Positions 49,985 to 60,516 of a DNA stretch of 64,000 bases are shown one piece after another. Source of the stretch: a virus (Duplodnaviria > Caudoviricetes); IMG/VR virus record IMGVR_UViG_3300033463_000004, positions 160,001 to 224,000 of that record. The stretch is one strand, 5' to 3'. The notes under the pieces were generated by a model. It saw nothing but the letters and a program-made list of their open reading frames with translations. It was not told the origin of the DNA and ran no database searches. Position numbers and translations under genes: made by a program. Numbering within the stretch: position 1 is the first letter of the stretch; every line of letters begins with the position of its first letter.

Positions 49985-50783
49985 AAATTGCAAAAAGCTT
50001 ACCATCACCCAATCGGTCGACATCGCGATCGAAGAACGTATGCTACATGCACGGCAGTTAGAAAAAGAAATGACCGCGCTCGAATTGAGCTTTCCGGATA
50101 TCTATAAAGATATATCAGCATATATCTGTGCAGATGCTGCACTCGCCGGTACACGGTCTGGTATCAAACTTGAACATGAGTTCATGGGAAACTATGCTGA
50201 ACTTGATGATGTTCTTAAGAAACTTCTTGAACGTGTTCCGCTCAAACCGATCAACTACGGCTATTGGCTTATCAGGGATGGTGTAGGTAAAGATTTCCCA
50301 TTTATGGAACGGATTCAATCATGGAATTATGATCGTTGCATGCACAACCGCAGCAATCCCGGATATATGATGACAGAATACAGTGTTTTCTCTAATTCTG
50401 CATTATACTTTGCATTTCCGAAATACAGCGGTGCAATTCTGTATATGAGGAGAATGTTTTGCGGCAGTTCCATAAAACCTCAGCTTGCGCTCGAAATCGG
50501 TCTTCAGATCGTCGATAATTATGATGCATATAAAGAACCTTGCATCGACCTTCAGGAATATCCGGCGATAACATACGTGGTATTGTCGAATGAAACCGAC
50601 ATGCGTGCTCTGGCGCGTACCGGTATTTCGGATAGGGATCCACATCCGTTTCAAAGCAGGCTTACATTATTGAACCTTGGCTACTGTCAGGGTATCTGCA
50701 AGACTATTGCAGAAATCATCCTTAGTGAACATCCTGATGTGTTCGCATACAAATATCCGAAAACTACTAATGAGAAGGAATAA
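49974..50783 (+). CDS. hypothetical protein
   Basis: GGAGGT RBS. Confidence 0.65.
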   Translation: MGNENCKKLTITQSVDIAIEERMLHARQLEKEMTALELSFPDIYKDISAYICADAALAGTRSGIKLEHEFMGNYAELDDVLKKLLERVPLKPINYGYWLIRDGVGKDFPFMERIQSWNYDRCMHNRSNPGYMMTEYSVFSNSALYFAFPKYSGAILYMRRMFCGSSIKPQLALEIGLQIVDNYDAYKEPCIDLQEYPAITYVVLSNETDMRALARTGISDRDPHPFQSRLTLLNLGYCQGICKTIAEIILSEHPDVFAYKYPKTTNEKE

Positions 50784-50879
50784 TCAAATGAGTATTAAAG
50801 TACACGATAGCGAAGACGCCATCAGAAACCTTGAGTTCATTAATAGGGTTGAAGTCAAAACAGAGGAGGAATAAATAAA

Positions 50880-51734
50880 ATGGAAATGAAACTGATTGTA
50901 TATGATCGGAGAGATGCCATCACATATATGGCTCCGATTATCACGAATGCATGCAGAGATTTCGCCAGCAAGGTAGCGCCACAGGGTGGTGGTGTCTATT
51001 CGCAGGTGACAGTTGATTTCAATTTGACATCGTTCGGATACACAATTAACAAAGTTAATCCGAAAACACTGATCACGGTCATGGTTGATGACAGTTATCA
51101 TCGTCCAATGATCATCGTCGGTGTTCCATTTCTCAGAGACGATCTCTTCTTCAAAATTACATTCGTAAATACGAATGAAGATGTTAAAGATTATCCAGAA
51201 GAATGGGCATTCAAACTGGAATATTGCAGCGATCGGTGGGGTCACAACGTGATTGAAAGGAGAGCTGTAGCGCTCTCAGTGTCACAATTAAGCGCGAAGT
51301 TCATCGAACTGGTCGAACTCATGGAACGGCTTGTGAACTTCGGAACCAGTAACACATTCATGACAATCTCAATGCAAGACAGATGTGATGCTGAAGAGGA
51401 TGTGGGCGAAGAAGCTGACGAGGAGATTCCCGTCGAAGAATCGGATGAAACACCGGAAGAACAACCAGTTCACAAAATGCGAAGATTCGCAGGCATGATG
51501 CCCGTGAATGAAATCGAACGGACAGAGATATTCAAAGACAAATATGGACATGATGTTCGTATTGACGCAGGTCCGAACGGCTGGACAGTTAGATACGCAG
51601 ATATGAGTTCCAATTACAAAGACGAGTCTATCGGCACTAATGCAAACTTCAAGAATGCATATGACACTGCTGCGACTTGTGTTGGACCTCTCACACCTGT
51701 GAAAACGGAACGAAAGGAGGGAATTGAAAAATGA
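50880..51734 (+). CDS. two-domain hypothetical protein with acidic linker
   Basis: GAGGAGG RBS. Confidence 0.65.
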   Translation: MEMKLIVYDRRDAITYMAPIITNACRDFASKVAPQGGGVYSQVTVDFNLTSFGYTINKVNPKTLITVMVDDSYHRPMIIVGVPFLRDDLFFKITFVNTNEDVKDYPEEWAFKLEYCSDRWGHNVIERRAVALSVSQLSAKFIELVELMERLVNFGTSNTFMTISMQDRCDAEEDVGEEADEEIPVEESDETPEEQPVHKMRRFAGMMPVNEIERTEIFKDKYGHDVRIDAGPNGWTVRYADMSSNYKDESIGTNANFKNAYDTAATCVGPLTPVKTERKEGIEK

Positions 51735-51964
51735 AACGTACAAATCGTGCGGCACTTCATGCAATGCCTACTGATCAATTGGCAATGTTCATCAATCATG
51801 TTGATTGCAGGAACTGTGCTTACTGTGGTGAGGATGGGGTGAGCTGTACAATCCCCGACCGTCCCATTCCTTCAGATAAATGTATCGAAGGTATCGCAAA
51901 ATGGCTTGACCAGGAAGAATCGGAATTCCTGAGTCATCTGGAATCAGAATACGAGGAGGACTAA
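51731..51964 (+). CDS. small Cys-rich protein
   Basis: CRNCAYC...C...C.EGI.KWL. Confidence 0.6.
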   Translation: MKRTNRAALHAMPTDQLAMFINHVDCRNCAYCGEDGVSCTIPDRPIPSDKCIEGIAKWLDQEESEFLSHLESEYEED

Positions 51965-51966
51965 TA

Positions 51967-52422
51967 ATGAACAAGGATAAGGCATATGAAAATCTGATGA
52001 AAACAATGGCAGCGAATGCTGCTGAAAATGGTATTCCGTGGCCGCCCATTGAAAATCTGGGCGATCAGGCACATACTGCTGAAACACCGAACAAAGAATC
52101 AAAAGGTGCTTCATCAACGCCCAAAAAACAGGTGGGTGGCATCCCCGCAACAGTCAACATTGATATCGGACCCAAATACAGAATTCAGATTGATGAAAAT
52201 AACCCGTCTTCAATCGAGGCAGTCAAAAAGCTCATCAATTCGGAGCCTGTTATTTCACCGACGACAATGGCGACTGTTGCAACAGAGATCATCGGCATTC
52301 TGACCAAAAACAATATTGTTCCAACAATTCATATTAATCTGGGACCGCATGTCGATATTATTCGTAAGAAGCCTGCAGAGAATACTGATACCAAAACTGA
52401 CAAGGGGGACAAATCAAAATGA
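51967..52422 (+). CDS. hypothetical protein
   Basis: GAGGAGG RBS. Confidence 0.55.
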   Translation: MNKDKAYENLMKTMAANAAENGIPWPPIENLGDQAHTAETPNKESKGASSTPKKQVGGIPATVNIDIGPKYRIQIDENNPSSIEAVKKLINSEPVISPTTMATVATEIIGILTKNNIVPTIHINLGPHVDIIRKKPAENTDTKTDKGDKSK

Positions 52423-53432
52423 AAATCATTCCACAAGCAGCATATTATCTTGATACGACGGGAATGTCCCAGTATCAAATCATCGAGAAAGCTGGAAGAA
52501 CCTGCTACAAGTCTGAAGACAAAATCACTGAGGAATCCGCAACAAAGTTTGTTGCAGCTCTTGTGAGAAGGTGTCACCTTGCAATGCTCGAATTCGGTTA
52601 TCTCTACATGAAGATTACCGATATCGATTTTCTCGAATTCTTTCAGGCGACAAAACCACATTTCATCCATATGGTTGGTGAGTATGCTGTTGGTAACTTC
52701 CGAGCATTCTACGACTGGTACAAGGCATGGCTTGACGGCAAATGGATGATTGATATGGATTATTATGATGGATTCATGGATCTCATCTGGTGTCTGGCTC
52801 AGAAGTATCCTGAAGTTTACAAAGACCTCTATGACAAGCTTCATGAGAAGTTTGAACCGGATGTGATCGATATAGAACGCATGAATGTCGATGACGTGAA
52901 ATATCCGTTCATGTTCTTCACAAAAGAGGAACTGATCGCTGATTACAAAGCATCTGGAAACTTTGACAGCTATCTGGTTGACATTATTCCGCACATCGTG
53001 ATGTTCACAACAAACCGCGGTGTTACACATGAACTGGTAAGACATCGTAATGATGAAACATTCGCAATGGAGTCAACAAGATACTGCAAATACGATGTGG
53101 AAAAGTTCGGTGGAGAGCTCACGATCATCGAACCGATGCAGGAAATCCGTGATAATCCGGATGCATATGAGAGATGGTTGAAGGATACCAAGGCTGATGA
53201 AGAATCGTATATGTGGTTCGTCAAGCATGGCATTTCTGCACAGGCTGCTCGCGGAAGACTTCCGCATGACATCAAAGCTGACATCTGGAATGCTTGTTTC
53301 GAGTCCCAATGGCAGCATAAACTGAATTTGAGAATGCATGGAACGACTGGCGCTCCGCATCCGCAGTTCAAAGAACTGATGGAACTTGTGTATCCAGACC
53401 TCGTGAAGTATTCCGAAGGAAGACTGAAATAA
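52419..53432 (+). CDS. thyX: flavin-dependent thymidylate synthase
   Basis: IEKAGRTCYKS, H.AMLEF, RGVTHELVRHR...ESTRY, ARG.LP, LR...APHPQ. Confidence 0.9.
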   Translation: MKIIPQAAYYLDTTGMSQYQIIEKAGRTCYKSEDKITEESATKFVAALVRRCHLAMLEFGYLYMKITDIDFLEFFQATKPHFIHMVGEYAVGNFRAFYDWYKAWLDGKWMIDMDYYDGFMDLIWCLAQKYPEVYKDLYDKLHEKFEPDVIDIERMNVDDVKYPFMFFTKEELIADYKASGNFDSYLVDIIPHIVMFTTNRGVTHELVRHRNDETFAMESTRYCKYDVEKFGGELTIIEPMQEIRDNPDAYERWLKDTKADEESYMWFVKHGISAQAARGRLPHDIKADIWNACFESQWQHKLNLRMHGTTGAPHPQFKELMELVYPDLVKYSEGRLK

Positions 53433-53447
53433 AAAAAAATAAAACAT

Positions 53448-53469
53448 GTGGGGCGGGAAACCGCCCCAT
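53448..53469 (+). terminator. terminator hairpin
   Basis: TGGGGCGG-GAAA-CCGCCCCA. Confidence 0.6.
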
Positions 53470-53495
53470 ATATAAATTTTTGAAAGGATTTTCAT

Positions 53496-54260
53496 ATGAA
53501 AAATATTCGAGTTCAACCATTTTTGAAGAATGTTTATAATGAAAAAAGTCAACATAATAAATCAACATTCTATTGCGATATTGTATTACGATATGAAATT
53601 CTATATGGTATTCCTGATTTTATGTTTGCGGATGAAAATATTGTCGGTATTCAATTCGAAGAAGAAGATACAGAATATGACATCATTAACATCATGAATT
53701 TGATCATGGGGAATCCGAGAGTCCGTGCAATCGTCGTATTGGATTCGAAAATAGATAAAAACATGCAGAGCTATGCGGTACAATCAACTGTTGACGATAA
53801 TCCAGATTTTGTATTAATGAAAGAAGAGACGTATCGTGAACGGTCATGTTATGTCCGTTTTCCAAAACAAGATTCGTTATATAAAGCTCTGAAAAATTCT
53901 GTTCGGAACGCATTTGTGGGTCGAATTAAATGGAATCGGAATCATATTGATACCAATACAGATGAAAGGTGTTATTCCGCAGAAGCAAACATTGATATCA
54001 TTTTCATGGATTCAACAGGTCTTTGTACAGTCATATTCAAGAATCCAGATAAACTAATTGATGTGGATGATCGTATCATCAGATTGTTCTTTGATTATAA
54101 CCGATACTTGAGCGTGAATGATCCTTCTGAAAACAAAGTCGACCAAAAGAAAGGGATCATTTGTGATAATCATCCATGGATGACCGATATTCAGAAATTG
54201 TTCGTGAATGATTTGAATAAGATCATTGAATATTATCATTTAAAATATAGGAGGGATTGA
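53496..54260 (+). CDS. hypothetical protein
   Basis: GAAAGGA RBS. Confidence 0.6.
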   Translation: MKNIRVQPFLKNVYNEKSQHNKSTFYCDIVLRYEILYGIPDFMFADENIVGIQFEEEDTEYDIINIMNLIMGNPRVRAIVVLDSKIDKNMQSYAVQSTVDDNPDFVLMKEETYRERSCYVRFPKQDSLYKALKNSVRNAFVGRIKWNRNHIDTNTDERCYSAEANIDIIFMDSTGLCTVIFKNPDKLIDVDDRIIRLFFDYNRYLSVNDPSENKVDQKKGIICDNHPWMTDIQKLFVNDLNKIIEYYHLKYRRD

Positions 54261-54264
54261 TAAT

Positions 54265-55035
54265 ATGATGATGCATGGTGCCCAAATTGTTTCGGAAGTA
54301 AAACACCGAATGCATGTGACAAATCATTTTCAATGTGAACCATGGACAGTTGAAGTTCGAGGTCATATTGCAACCATTTGTCCATCGGATAACAACGTAA
54401 AATGGGTATACTATCGGGATTACTGGTTCAGAGTTTCGATTGATGAATTGATCTCATTTCATGATGATACCCAACATAAACTCGATAAACGTTTCGATGA
54501 TTCTATGAGAGAAACAATCGAAAAGTATATTGACGAAAATCATATTGTATTTGGAGATGAGAAAATCATGAATGAGAATGTTAAAGTTAAATACAAATTC
54601 CGTGTCGGTGATTATTTTCGTCAGGGTATGCCATATGAACTGATTCTGACACAAGGTTCCGCGCTGTATAATAAATTGACATGTAATGGTATTGGACCCG
54701 CGTTTACAAATGAATACGGTGACGGTTCAGACAAATTTCGAACAACTATAATCTGTGATGGTTTCGACACAGATGATACACGTGCGATTTTCATCTATTA
54801 TGATGCAAAAGAAAAGAAACCGATGCGGTTCACAATCAGAGCAGATGTTCTGGTTCGATCTATTGGATTACAAGATGATGGAACTCTTGGTGAAATGTCT
54901 AGAGATGATCATATCTGTATTACACGGATTCCGACTGTCTCACACAAAGGTGTTCCGGCAGAAGATTGTTTCGGAAGTACATATGGTCATGTTCCGTCAT
55001 TCATGCTCGAACACGTTCTTTATGCAGTTCGATAA
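54265..55035 (+). CDS. hypothetical protein
   Basis: AGGAGG RBS. Confidence 0.6.
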   Translation: MMMHGAQIVSEVKHRMHVTNHFQCEPWTVEVRGHIATICPSDNNVKWVYYRDYWFRVSIDELISFHDDTQHKLDKRFDDSMRETIEKYIDENHIVFGDEKIMNENVKVKYKFRVGDYFRQGMPYELILTQGSALYNKLTCNGIGPAFTNEYGDGSDKFRTTIICDGFDTDDTRAIFIYYDAKEKKPMRFTIRADVLVRSIGLQDDGTLGEMSRDDHICITRIPTVSHKGVPAEDCFGSTYGHVPSFMLEHVLYAVR

Positions 55036-55050
55036 TGAAGGTGCTAAATC

Positions 55051-55503
55051 ATGAAAGTATATATTACAAAAGATATTGTATGCAAGATCATCGACGAATT
55101 TCACAGTGGGTATCTACGAAATATGCTATATGAAGTAACAAATATTCATATAGAAAAAGCACATTTCTTATGGACAATTCATGAGTATCCATATTTGGTT
55201 CTCGCTGAAATGTATGATAATGCCGGTTTCGTTATTACTTGCAGAATTCGTGCAATCGGTGGTAAAGAAGCTGAAATCGAGGATCTTCGGAAGTGGTGTA
55301 TAGAAAATTACATCATTAAAATATCATCAGATTCGATTGACTTCAAGTACAACACCGATTACTTCACTCATTTTGCATTAGATGAAGAATGGGTCAATAC
55401 CCTATTCAAAATATATGCACGAATCGTTCAAGTAAATACAGAAATGTGGAAAGATGAACTGTTCAGGATGAGCCAAGAAATGAATGGTGGTGAAGAAACT
55501 TGA
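55051..55503 (+). CDS. hypothetical protein
   Basis: AAGGTG RBS. Confidence 0.6.
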   Translation: MKVYITKDIVCKIIDEFHSGYLRNMLYEVTNIHIEKAHFLWTIHEYPYLVLAEMYDNAGFVITCRIRAIGGKEAEIEDLRKWCIENYIIKISSDSIDFKYNTDYFTHFALDEEWVNTLFKIYARIVQVNTEMWKDELFRMSQEMNGGEET

Positions 55504-55835
55504 AAAGAAACTTGAAAAAGTTTTTGAAAAAGATAACTCCTCTAATATTGGCTATACTAATAATAGCGGGTGTGTCTGTAATTGTTGTGTGGACGTGTAC
55601 AAATAATTCAACATCAATAGAAGATAAACTTATAACCGACATATTTGCACATGATTATATCAGAATTGATGGTATTGATTACCCGACAAAGGATATCAGT
55701 CGTATTCAAATCGGATATGGCGCATCATACGGATATATGACACTCAACGATGAACAAGTGATTGTACGATTCAATTGTGGTGAATTTGTATTATATAATG
55801 AAGGGGGTTTTCCATATGGAACTGGTGTCTCATAA
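55500..55835 (+). CDS. membrane-anchored hypothetical protein
   Basis: basic N-terminus then hydrophobic ITPLILAILIIAGVSVIVVW. Confidence 0.6.
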   Translation: MKRNLKKFLKKITPLILAILIIAGVSVIVVWTCTNNSTSIEDKLITDIFAHDYIRIDGIDYPTKDISRIQIGYGASYGYMTLNDEQVIVRFNCGEFVLYNEGGFPYGTGVS

Positions 55836-56085
55836 GAAAATCATTCGACCGTTTATATTCCGGGGAAAACAATGTATAGTTGTTCCAGCGTCACCGCATG
55901 TCATTCGTATATTTTATGATTGTCATATATATGATGTATTGCTGACCCATGATGAACTGAATACATGGAAAACGTCTGGTACAGACTGGCAACGAGAGTA
56001 CATTCATAAACTTCTTGATGACAGACTGATCGGTACCGAAGCACTTGAACGGAATGCTTCCATCTTAGATGGATATCTTGCATAA
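55816..56085 (+). CDS. hypothetical protein
   Basis: packed ORF. Confidence 0.5.
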   Translation: MELVSHKKIIRPFIFRGKQCIVVPASPHVIRIFYDCHIYDVLLTHDELNTWKTSGTDWQREYIHKLLDDRLIGTEALERNASILDGYLA

Positions 56086-56091
56086 AGAAAG

Positions 56092-57366
56092 GTGATAATT
56101 ATGAAAAAGAAACTGGTAACTGATCAGGTGAAAAGTTTACTTGACCATGTCATCAGAACAATCGATCAATGGTGGTTTGAGACAACGAATATCGAACAAG
56201 GATGCTTCACAAGATCAGACATAAACGATTCTTCCGTTACATATAAAGATTATGTTGAGTGGAGATATAGTGAGAAGGCAGACTACAAAAACTATATACC
56301 TGACTATGTTTCTATATTCATCTCACTTGAATATGAAGATGGTACGGATTATATCCGAATCGCGTTGAAAAAGTTGAAAGACGGAGTATATACTACATAT
56401 GATCCGTTCTGTGAAATTCATGACGGAAAAGTGGATGTCACAATTTCCGATGATACTGGCGGTTATGATGAATGGTTCTCCGTATTAGGAAAGAACTGTT
56501 TCAATGACTTGACAGATAATATTGCGACAGCTGTGTATAGATTTACGAATCCACCATATGATGAAGAGAAAGTGAGTGCTATTATGTCTGATAAAAAAGA
56601 ATACGGCGATGGTCTTTTAACATTAACGAACTTTGAAGTATTACAGACGGTCATATCAGAATTATATAATCTTCGAATGTTTTGGCCAAACTTTTTCAAT
56701 ATCAAATTTGATATTGATCCCAGAGAGTCTGATATTACATTTAATATCGATTTTCCCGACGATGGTACTTTTTGTATCGATATCCAAAATCAAGGATTCT
56801 ATGTTGGTGAATTGGAATATCAATGGTGCGGTGGGTCTAATTCCAACATGCTGAATTTTAATTGTCTGGATGAGCATGGGGACATAGCAGATCGTATCAA
56901 TGGAATTTGTTTGAGAGATAACAATACCAATGATCCAAAAATCAATTATTGGAATGAGGATGAATTAAAAACATCAAACATTCCATTGTTATATGAATTT
57001 ATATCCAGAATTTATTCTGCATTACATGAAGAGATGCGTAATAAATGGATTAAGGAACAAGCAATTGAAGAAAAACATCATATGCAATATAACGGTATCA
57101 TAGCACGTCCAATATTCGATCCACAATTTCTTGAACCAGGTGCTTTGATTCAGATTCATGTATTAAAAGAACGATCCACGTGGAAAACAAACGTGTGGAG
57201 ATCTGGAATTTATTACAACTGCTTCGTCACAGGTCAAGACGAAATGAATACAAAGTTAAATGTTATTCGCATCGATTATCGTTCTGGATCAAAAAGTACA
57301 ATTACAGAAAAGATTGATGTGAAAGATATAACCGAAGGATATCTCGAAATTATTAGAGTGAAATAA
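56092..57366 (+). CDS. hypothetical protein
   Basis: 424-aa ORF. Confidence 0.65.
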   Translation: MIIMKKKLVTDQVKSLLDHVIRTIDQWWFETTNIEQGCFTRSDINDSSVTYKDYVEWRYSEKADYKNYIPDYVSIFISLEYEDGTDYIRIALKKLKDGVYTTYDPFCEIHDGKVDVTISDDTGGYDEWFSVLGKNCFNDLTDNIATAVYRFTNPPYDEEKVSAIMSDKKEYGDGLLTLTNFEVLQTVISELYNLRMFWPNFFNIKFDIDPRESDITFNIDFPDDGTFCIDIQNQGFYVGELEYQWCGGSNSNMLNFNCLDEHGDIADRINGICLRDNNTNDPKINYWNEDELKTSNIPLLYEFISRIYSALHEEMRNKWIKEQAIEEKHHMQYNGIIARPIFDPQFLEPGALIQIHVLKERSTWKTNVWRSGIYYNCFVTGQDEMNTKLNVIRIDYRSGSKSTITEKIDVKDITEGYLEIIRVK

Positions 57367-57369
57367 GAG

Positions 57370-57798
57370 GTGATTACATTGGCAAAATATCAGAATAATG
57401 ATCCATTTGGATATTTCTATGCAATGGTCGAAACAAAGAAAATTTACAACAAAGATTCATTCACAATGGGACATCCATATTGGATTAAATTTGCAGATGA
57501 TGAATCTGCCATAAAATGTTTACCAAATTTAGATAAGTCTGGATTGTTTTGTGCCAAACGATGTAACAAAATGACCGATTCTGGTGTATATGCATTATTC
57601 ATTGGATATTCTAAAGGTATGACAACTGCAGATTTCATCACATTCCAATTAATAAATGATAATGGCGATTTTCAACAAGGTATATACATTTCAATTGATA
57701 TCGAAATGATTGTTGATTCTATGAATTCGATGTCAGCACAAGTGGATATACCAATCACAATTATACCATTAGGAAAGGAAGATATCAATGATATATGA
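57370..57798 (+). CDS. hypothetical protein
   Basis: packed ORF. Confidence 0.55.
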   Translation: MITLAKYQNNDPFGYFYAMVETKKIYNKDSFTMGHPYWIKFADDESAIKCLPNLDKSGLFCAKRCNKMTDSGVYALFIGYSKGMTTADFITFQLINDNGDFQQGIYISIDIEMIVDSMNSMSAQVDIPITIIPLGKEDINDI

Positions 57799-58108
57799 AG
57801 ATAATGAAAATCAAAGTACAAACGAATCACCAATGATTACATTGCATGCAATCAGACAAACGACTTTCGTTTATAAAAATAAAAAAGTCGTGATTTCTCC
57901 AGTGACATCGCGGTTTATCAAAGATGATAATACCAAGCATGAATTCATCATCACATACAGTGGTAAAATCTTACACTGTTCAATCAGTGAAGAAGACTTG
58001 TTAAAAGTTAAAGAATTCACAAAAGAAGAACGACAGGCATTCTTCATAAAAGTCATTGATTGGGCTGATAAACAGAAAACAACAGGGACGGTAAAAGCCG
58101 ATGAATGA
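57788..58108 (+). CDS. hypothetical protein
   Basis: GAAAGGA RBS. Confidence 0.55.
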   Translation: MIYEDNENQSTNESPMITLHAIRQTTFVYKNKKVVISPVTSRFIKDDNTKHEFIITYSGKILHCSISEEDLLKVKEFTKEERQAFFIKVIDWADKQKTTGTVKADE

Positions 58109-58358
58109 TTTGAATAAAGTAATATCATGTGAAAATTTTACCCCTTCCCCATATGAGAGAGAAATCAATATCATTGGATCACCTGCGTATATCAGAGAAG
58201 ATATTGTGTGCTGGAATGGTCAACTCGTAAATTCATTTATGATTATTTACAGAGGAAAAGAATTTCAGATGCTTTCTTCCAAAAAAGATCTTGATGACGA
58301 TGTGATTAGAAGAGCAGTCATCGATTATATTTACGATAACGATATCAGATTCACATAA
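58101..58358 (+). CDS. hypothetical protein
   Basis: packed ORF. Confidence 0.5.
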   Translation: MNDLNKVISCENFTPSPYEREINIIGSPAYIREDIVCWNGQLVNSFMIIYRGKEFQMLSSKKDLDDDVIRRAVIDYIYDNDIRFT

Positions 58359-58362
58359 CAAA

Positions 58363-58387
58363 TTGGGGCGGGAAATCCCGCCCCAAT
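58363..58387 (+). terminator. terminator hairpin
   Basis: GGGGCGGGA-AA-TCCCGCCCC. Confidence 0.6.
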
Positions 58388-58446
58388 AAATCACAACTTT
58401 CAAAGAACAAATTCTTACTATATTTCTTTGAAGGGAGCTAATCAAC

Positions 58447-59796
58447 ATGGCTGTCAAGAAAAAACAACAAACACCTCTGGAAGAAGATCTCAATAAGCTT
58501 GATTTTATGACAATTATTTCCGGTGGTGGATCATCCAGAGTATTCTCCAAGAATACGTTAATTGATTATTCATATTCAACAGGTATTCCGATTATTGATT
58601 ATGCTTTGGGATACGAGGTAAATGTATTTGATGGAGATACGTTCGTTAAGAAACGTACATGTTTGGGTCTTCAAGCAGGTTCATTCAATGTTGTTACAGG
58701 ACGTACGCAGGCATATAAGACAACAATCTGTATCAAGATTATTGCCGAAATTGCATACAAGTATGGTGGAAACATCGTGCATTATGATGCTGAACAGAGA
58801 CTTGTATTACAACGTGCAAAGAATCTTTCGAAACTTCCCGGTGATTGGTTTACCGGAGAATATCCGAGATATTCTTTGCGTTCTGGTGCAATTGGTTTTG
58901 ATACATTGCAGAATGATATTGCGGAAATTTATTCTGCGAAAATGCAGAATAAACAATATCTGTTACAAGATACCGGTGAAGTAGACGATCAGAATAAACC
59001 CATCAAATTGATGCCACCAACTGTTGTATTCTTAGATTCACTTCAGGATGTTATTGAAAAAGAATATAATGTTGATGATAAGAAATGGGTTGAAGATTCG
59101 AAAGAGCTTCGTGGTAATATGTATGGAGCACAATCTGCAAAAACAATCCGTGGTCTGTTGACAGATATTCTACCTATGCTGAAAGAGGCAAATATCATTC
59201 TAATCGCAATTGCACACAAGACATCCAATATGTCTCTGAATCCGTTTGCTGGTGTGAAGAAACAATTCCAGTATGGCGCAAATGATGAAAGAATCTCCGG
59301 TGGTTCTGCAGTTGAATTTAATGCATCTTCTGTTCTGAACTTCTCTGGATTGGTATCGGAAGATTCCCGTTATCATGAAGCACAAGATGGTTTCGAAGGA
59401 AACACCGTTCTGTTTGAACCGACAAAGTGTTCGACAAATGAGTCTGGTAACGTAAAGACTGGACTTGGATTCAATATCATCATTGACAAACGACGTGAAG
59501 GTGTTGACAATATTCGAACACTCATCGAGTATCTCAGACAAAAAGGAAGACTTAAAGGAAATAAAGCAGGTTTCCGTGTCATTGATGATAAGGGTGAACC
59601 TATCTCAGAGAAGTTTACTTGGAAAACATGTTACAATGATTTCAAGGAAGATCCAGCTTCTTATAAAACATTTATGATGGTTGCACGTGAAGAGTTGGAA
59701 AAACTCATTGCGAAAGCAGATGTAGATGTGATGGGAACAATCAAACCATTTTCAATGGATGATATCATTAATGATCTAGAAACTGTTAATGGGTAA
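58447..59796 (+). CDS. uvsX: UvsX/RecA-like recombinase
   Basis: STGIPIIDYALG, Walker A variant GRTQAYKTT, YDAEQ, Walker B VFLDSL, GGSAVEF. Confidence 0.85.
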   Translation: MAVKKKQQTPLEEDLNKLDFMTIISGGGSSRVFSKNTLIDYSYSTGIPIIDYALGYEVNVFDGDTFVKKRTCLGLQAGSFNVVTGRTQAYKTTICIKIIAEIAYKYGGNIVHYDAEQRLVLQRAKNLSKLPGDWFTGEYPRYSLRSGAIGFDTLQNDIAEIYSAKMQNKQYLLQDTGEVDDQNKPIKLMPPTVVFLDSLQDVIEKEYNVDDKKWVEDSKELRGNMYGAQSAKTIRGLLTDILPMLKEANIILIAIAHKTSNMSLNPFAGVKKQFQYGANDERISGGSAVEFNASSVLNFSGLVSEDSRYHEAQDGFEGNTVLFEPTKCSTNESGNVKTGLGFNIIIDKRREGVDNIRTLIEYLRQKGRLKGNKAGFRVIDDKGEPISEKFTWKTCYNDFKEDPASYKTFMMVAREELEKLIAKADVDVMGTIKPFSMDDIINDLETVNG

Positions 59797-59802
59797 TTAA
59801 AT

Positions 59803-60426
59803 ATGATATGTTACAATAATATCCCAACTATCAGATTTCAAAAGACACATGGGCAATACCCAATCGTATTTGCGATTCTAATAACAGCTGGAACTGTTTT
59901 ATTCATTTTGGGATGCATTATATTTAGCACCCCAAAAGAATATACTGTTAAAGCAAAAAGTATTCATTGGCAATATGATATTCATATTGATGAATTAAAA
60001 CAATTTCATGAATCTGGATGGTCATCACCACCTGAAGGGGCATATAATATTGAAAGTTATCGTAAATACAAAGGACAGAAAAAAGTTGGTGACATAACAA
60101 TTCCAGATTATGATGATTGGTATGAATACGATATTGACAAATGGCGTGAGACAAGAGTTGTGACAACGCAAGGATATGACAAAGAACCTTATTGGGGTGA
60201 ATACACTCTCCGTAGCACAGAAAATGAACGTGGAATTGGTAATGAGCGTGCTATAAGAAAAATAACAACGTATACAGTATACGGTCAATTACTAAATTCA
60301 GATAAAACTGATTTGATTCCTCTCGAAGTTGATGAATATATCTGGAAGAATATTACGGTCAATGATGAGTTGAATTATAAGAAAAGACTCGCTGGAAAAC
60401 CTTATGCAATCAGCTTAGCTGAATAA
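59803..60426 (+). CDS. membrane-anchored hypothetical protein
   Basis: N-terminal TM helix IVFAILITAGTVLFILGCIIF. Confidence 0.65.
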   Translation: MICYNNIPTIRFQKTHGQYPIVFAILITAGTVLFILGCIIFSTPKEYTVKAKSIHWQYDIHIDELKQFHESGWSSPPEGAYNIESYRKYKGQKKVGDITIPDYDDWYEYDIDKWRETRVVTTQGYDKEPYWGEYTLRSTENERGIGNERAIRKITTYTVYGQLLNSDKTDLIPLEVDEYIWKNITVNDELNYKKRLAGKPYAISLAE

Positions 60427-60428
60427 AA

Positions 60429-60461
60429 AATAAATGGGCGGGGATGTCCCCGCCCATTTAT
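60429..60461. terminator. terminator
   Basis: ATAAATGGGCGGGGA-TG-TCCCCGCCCATTTAT. Confidence 0.75.
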
Positions 60462-60473
60462 CATTTTTTTATA

Positions 60474-60515
60474 AAAAAAGAGAGATGTCGATGCGACACA
60501 ACATCTCTCTTTTTT
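60474..60515 (-). terminator. terminator closing the ncRNA operon (bidirectional)
   Basis: A7-GAGAGATGT...ACATCTCTC-T6. Confidence 0.7.
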
Positions 60516-60516
60516 C

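Noticed and set aside
36704-56200. One large paralog family among accessory genes with strand-then-helix N-termini
   Set aside because: Similarity too weak to support by eye; needs all-versus-all structure comparison
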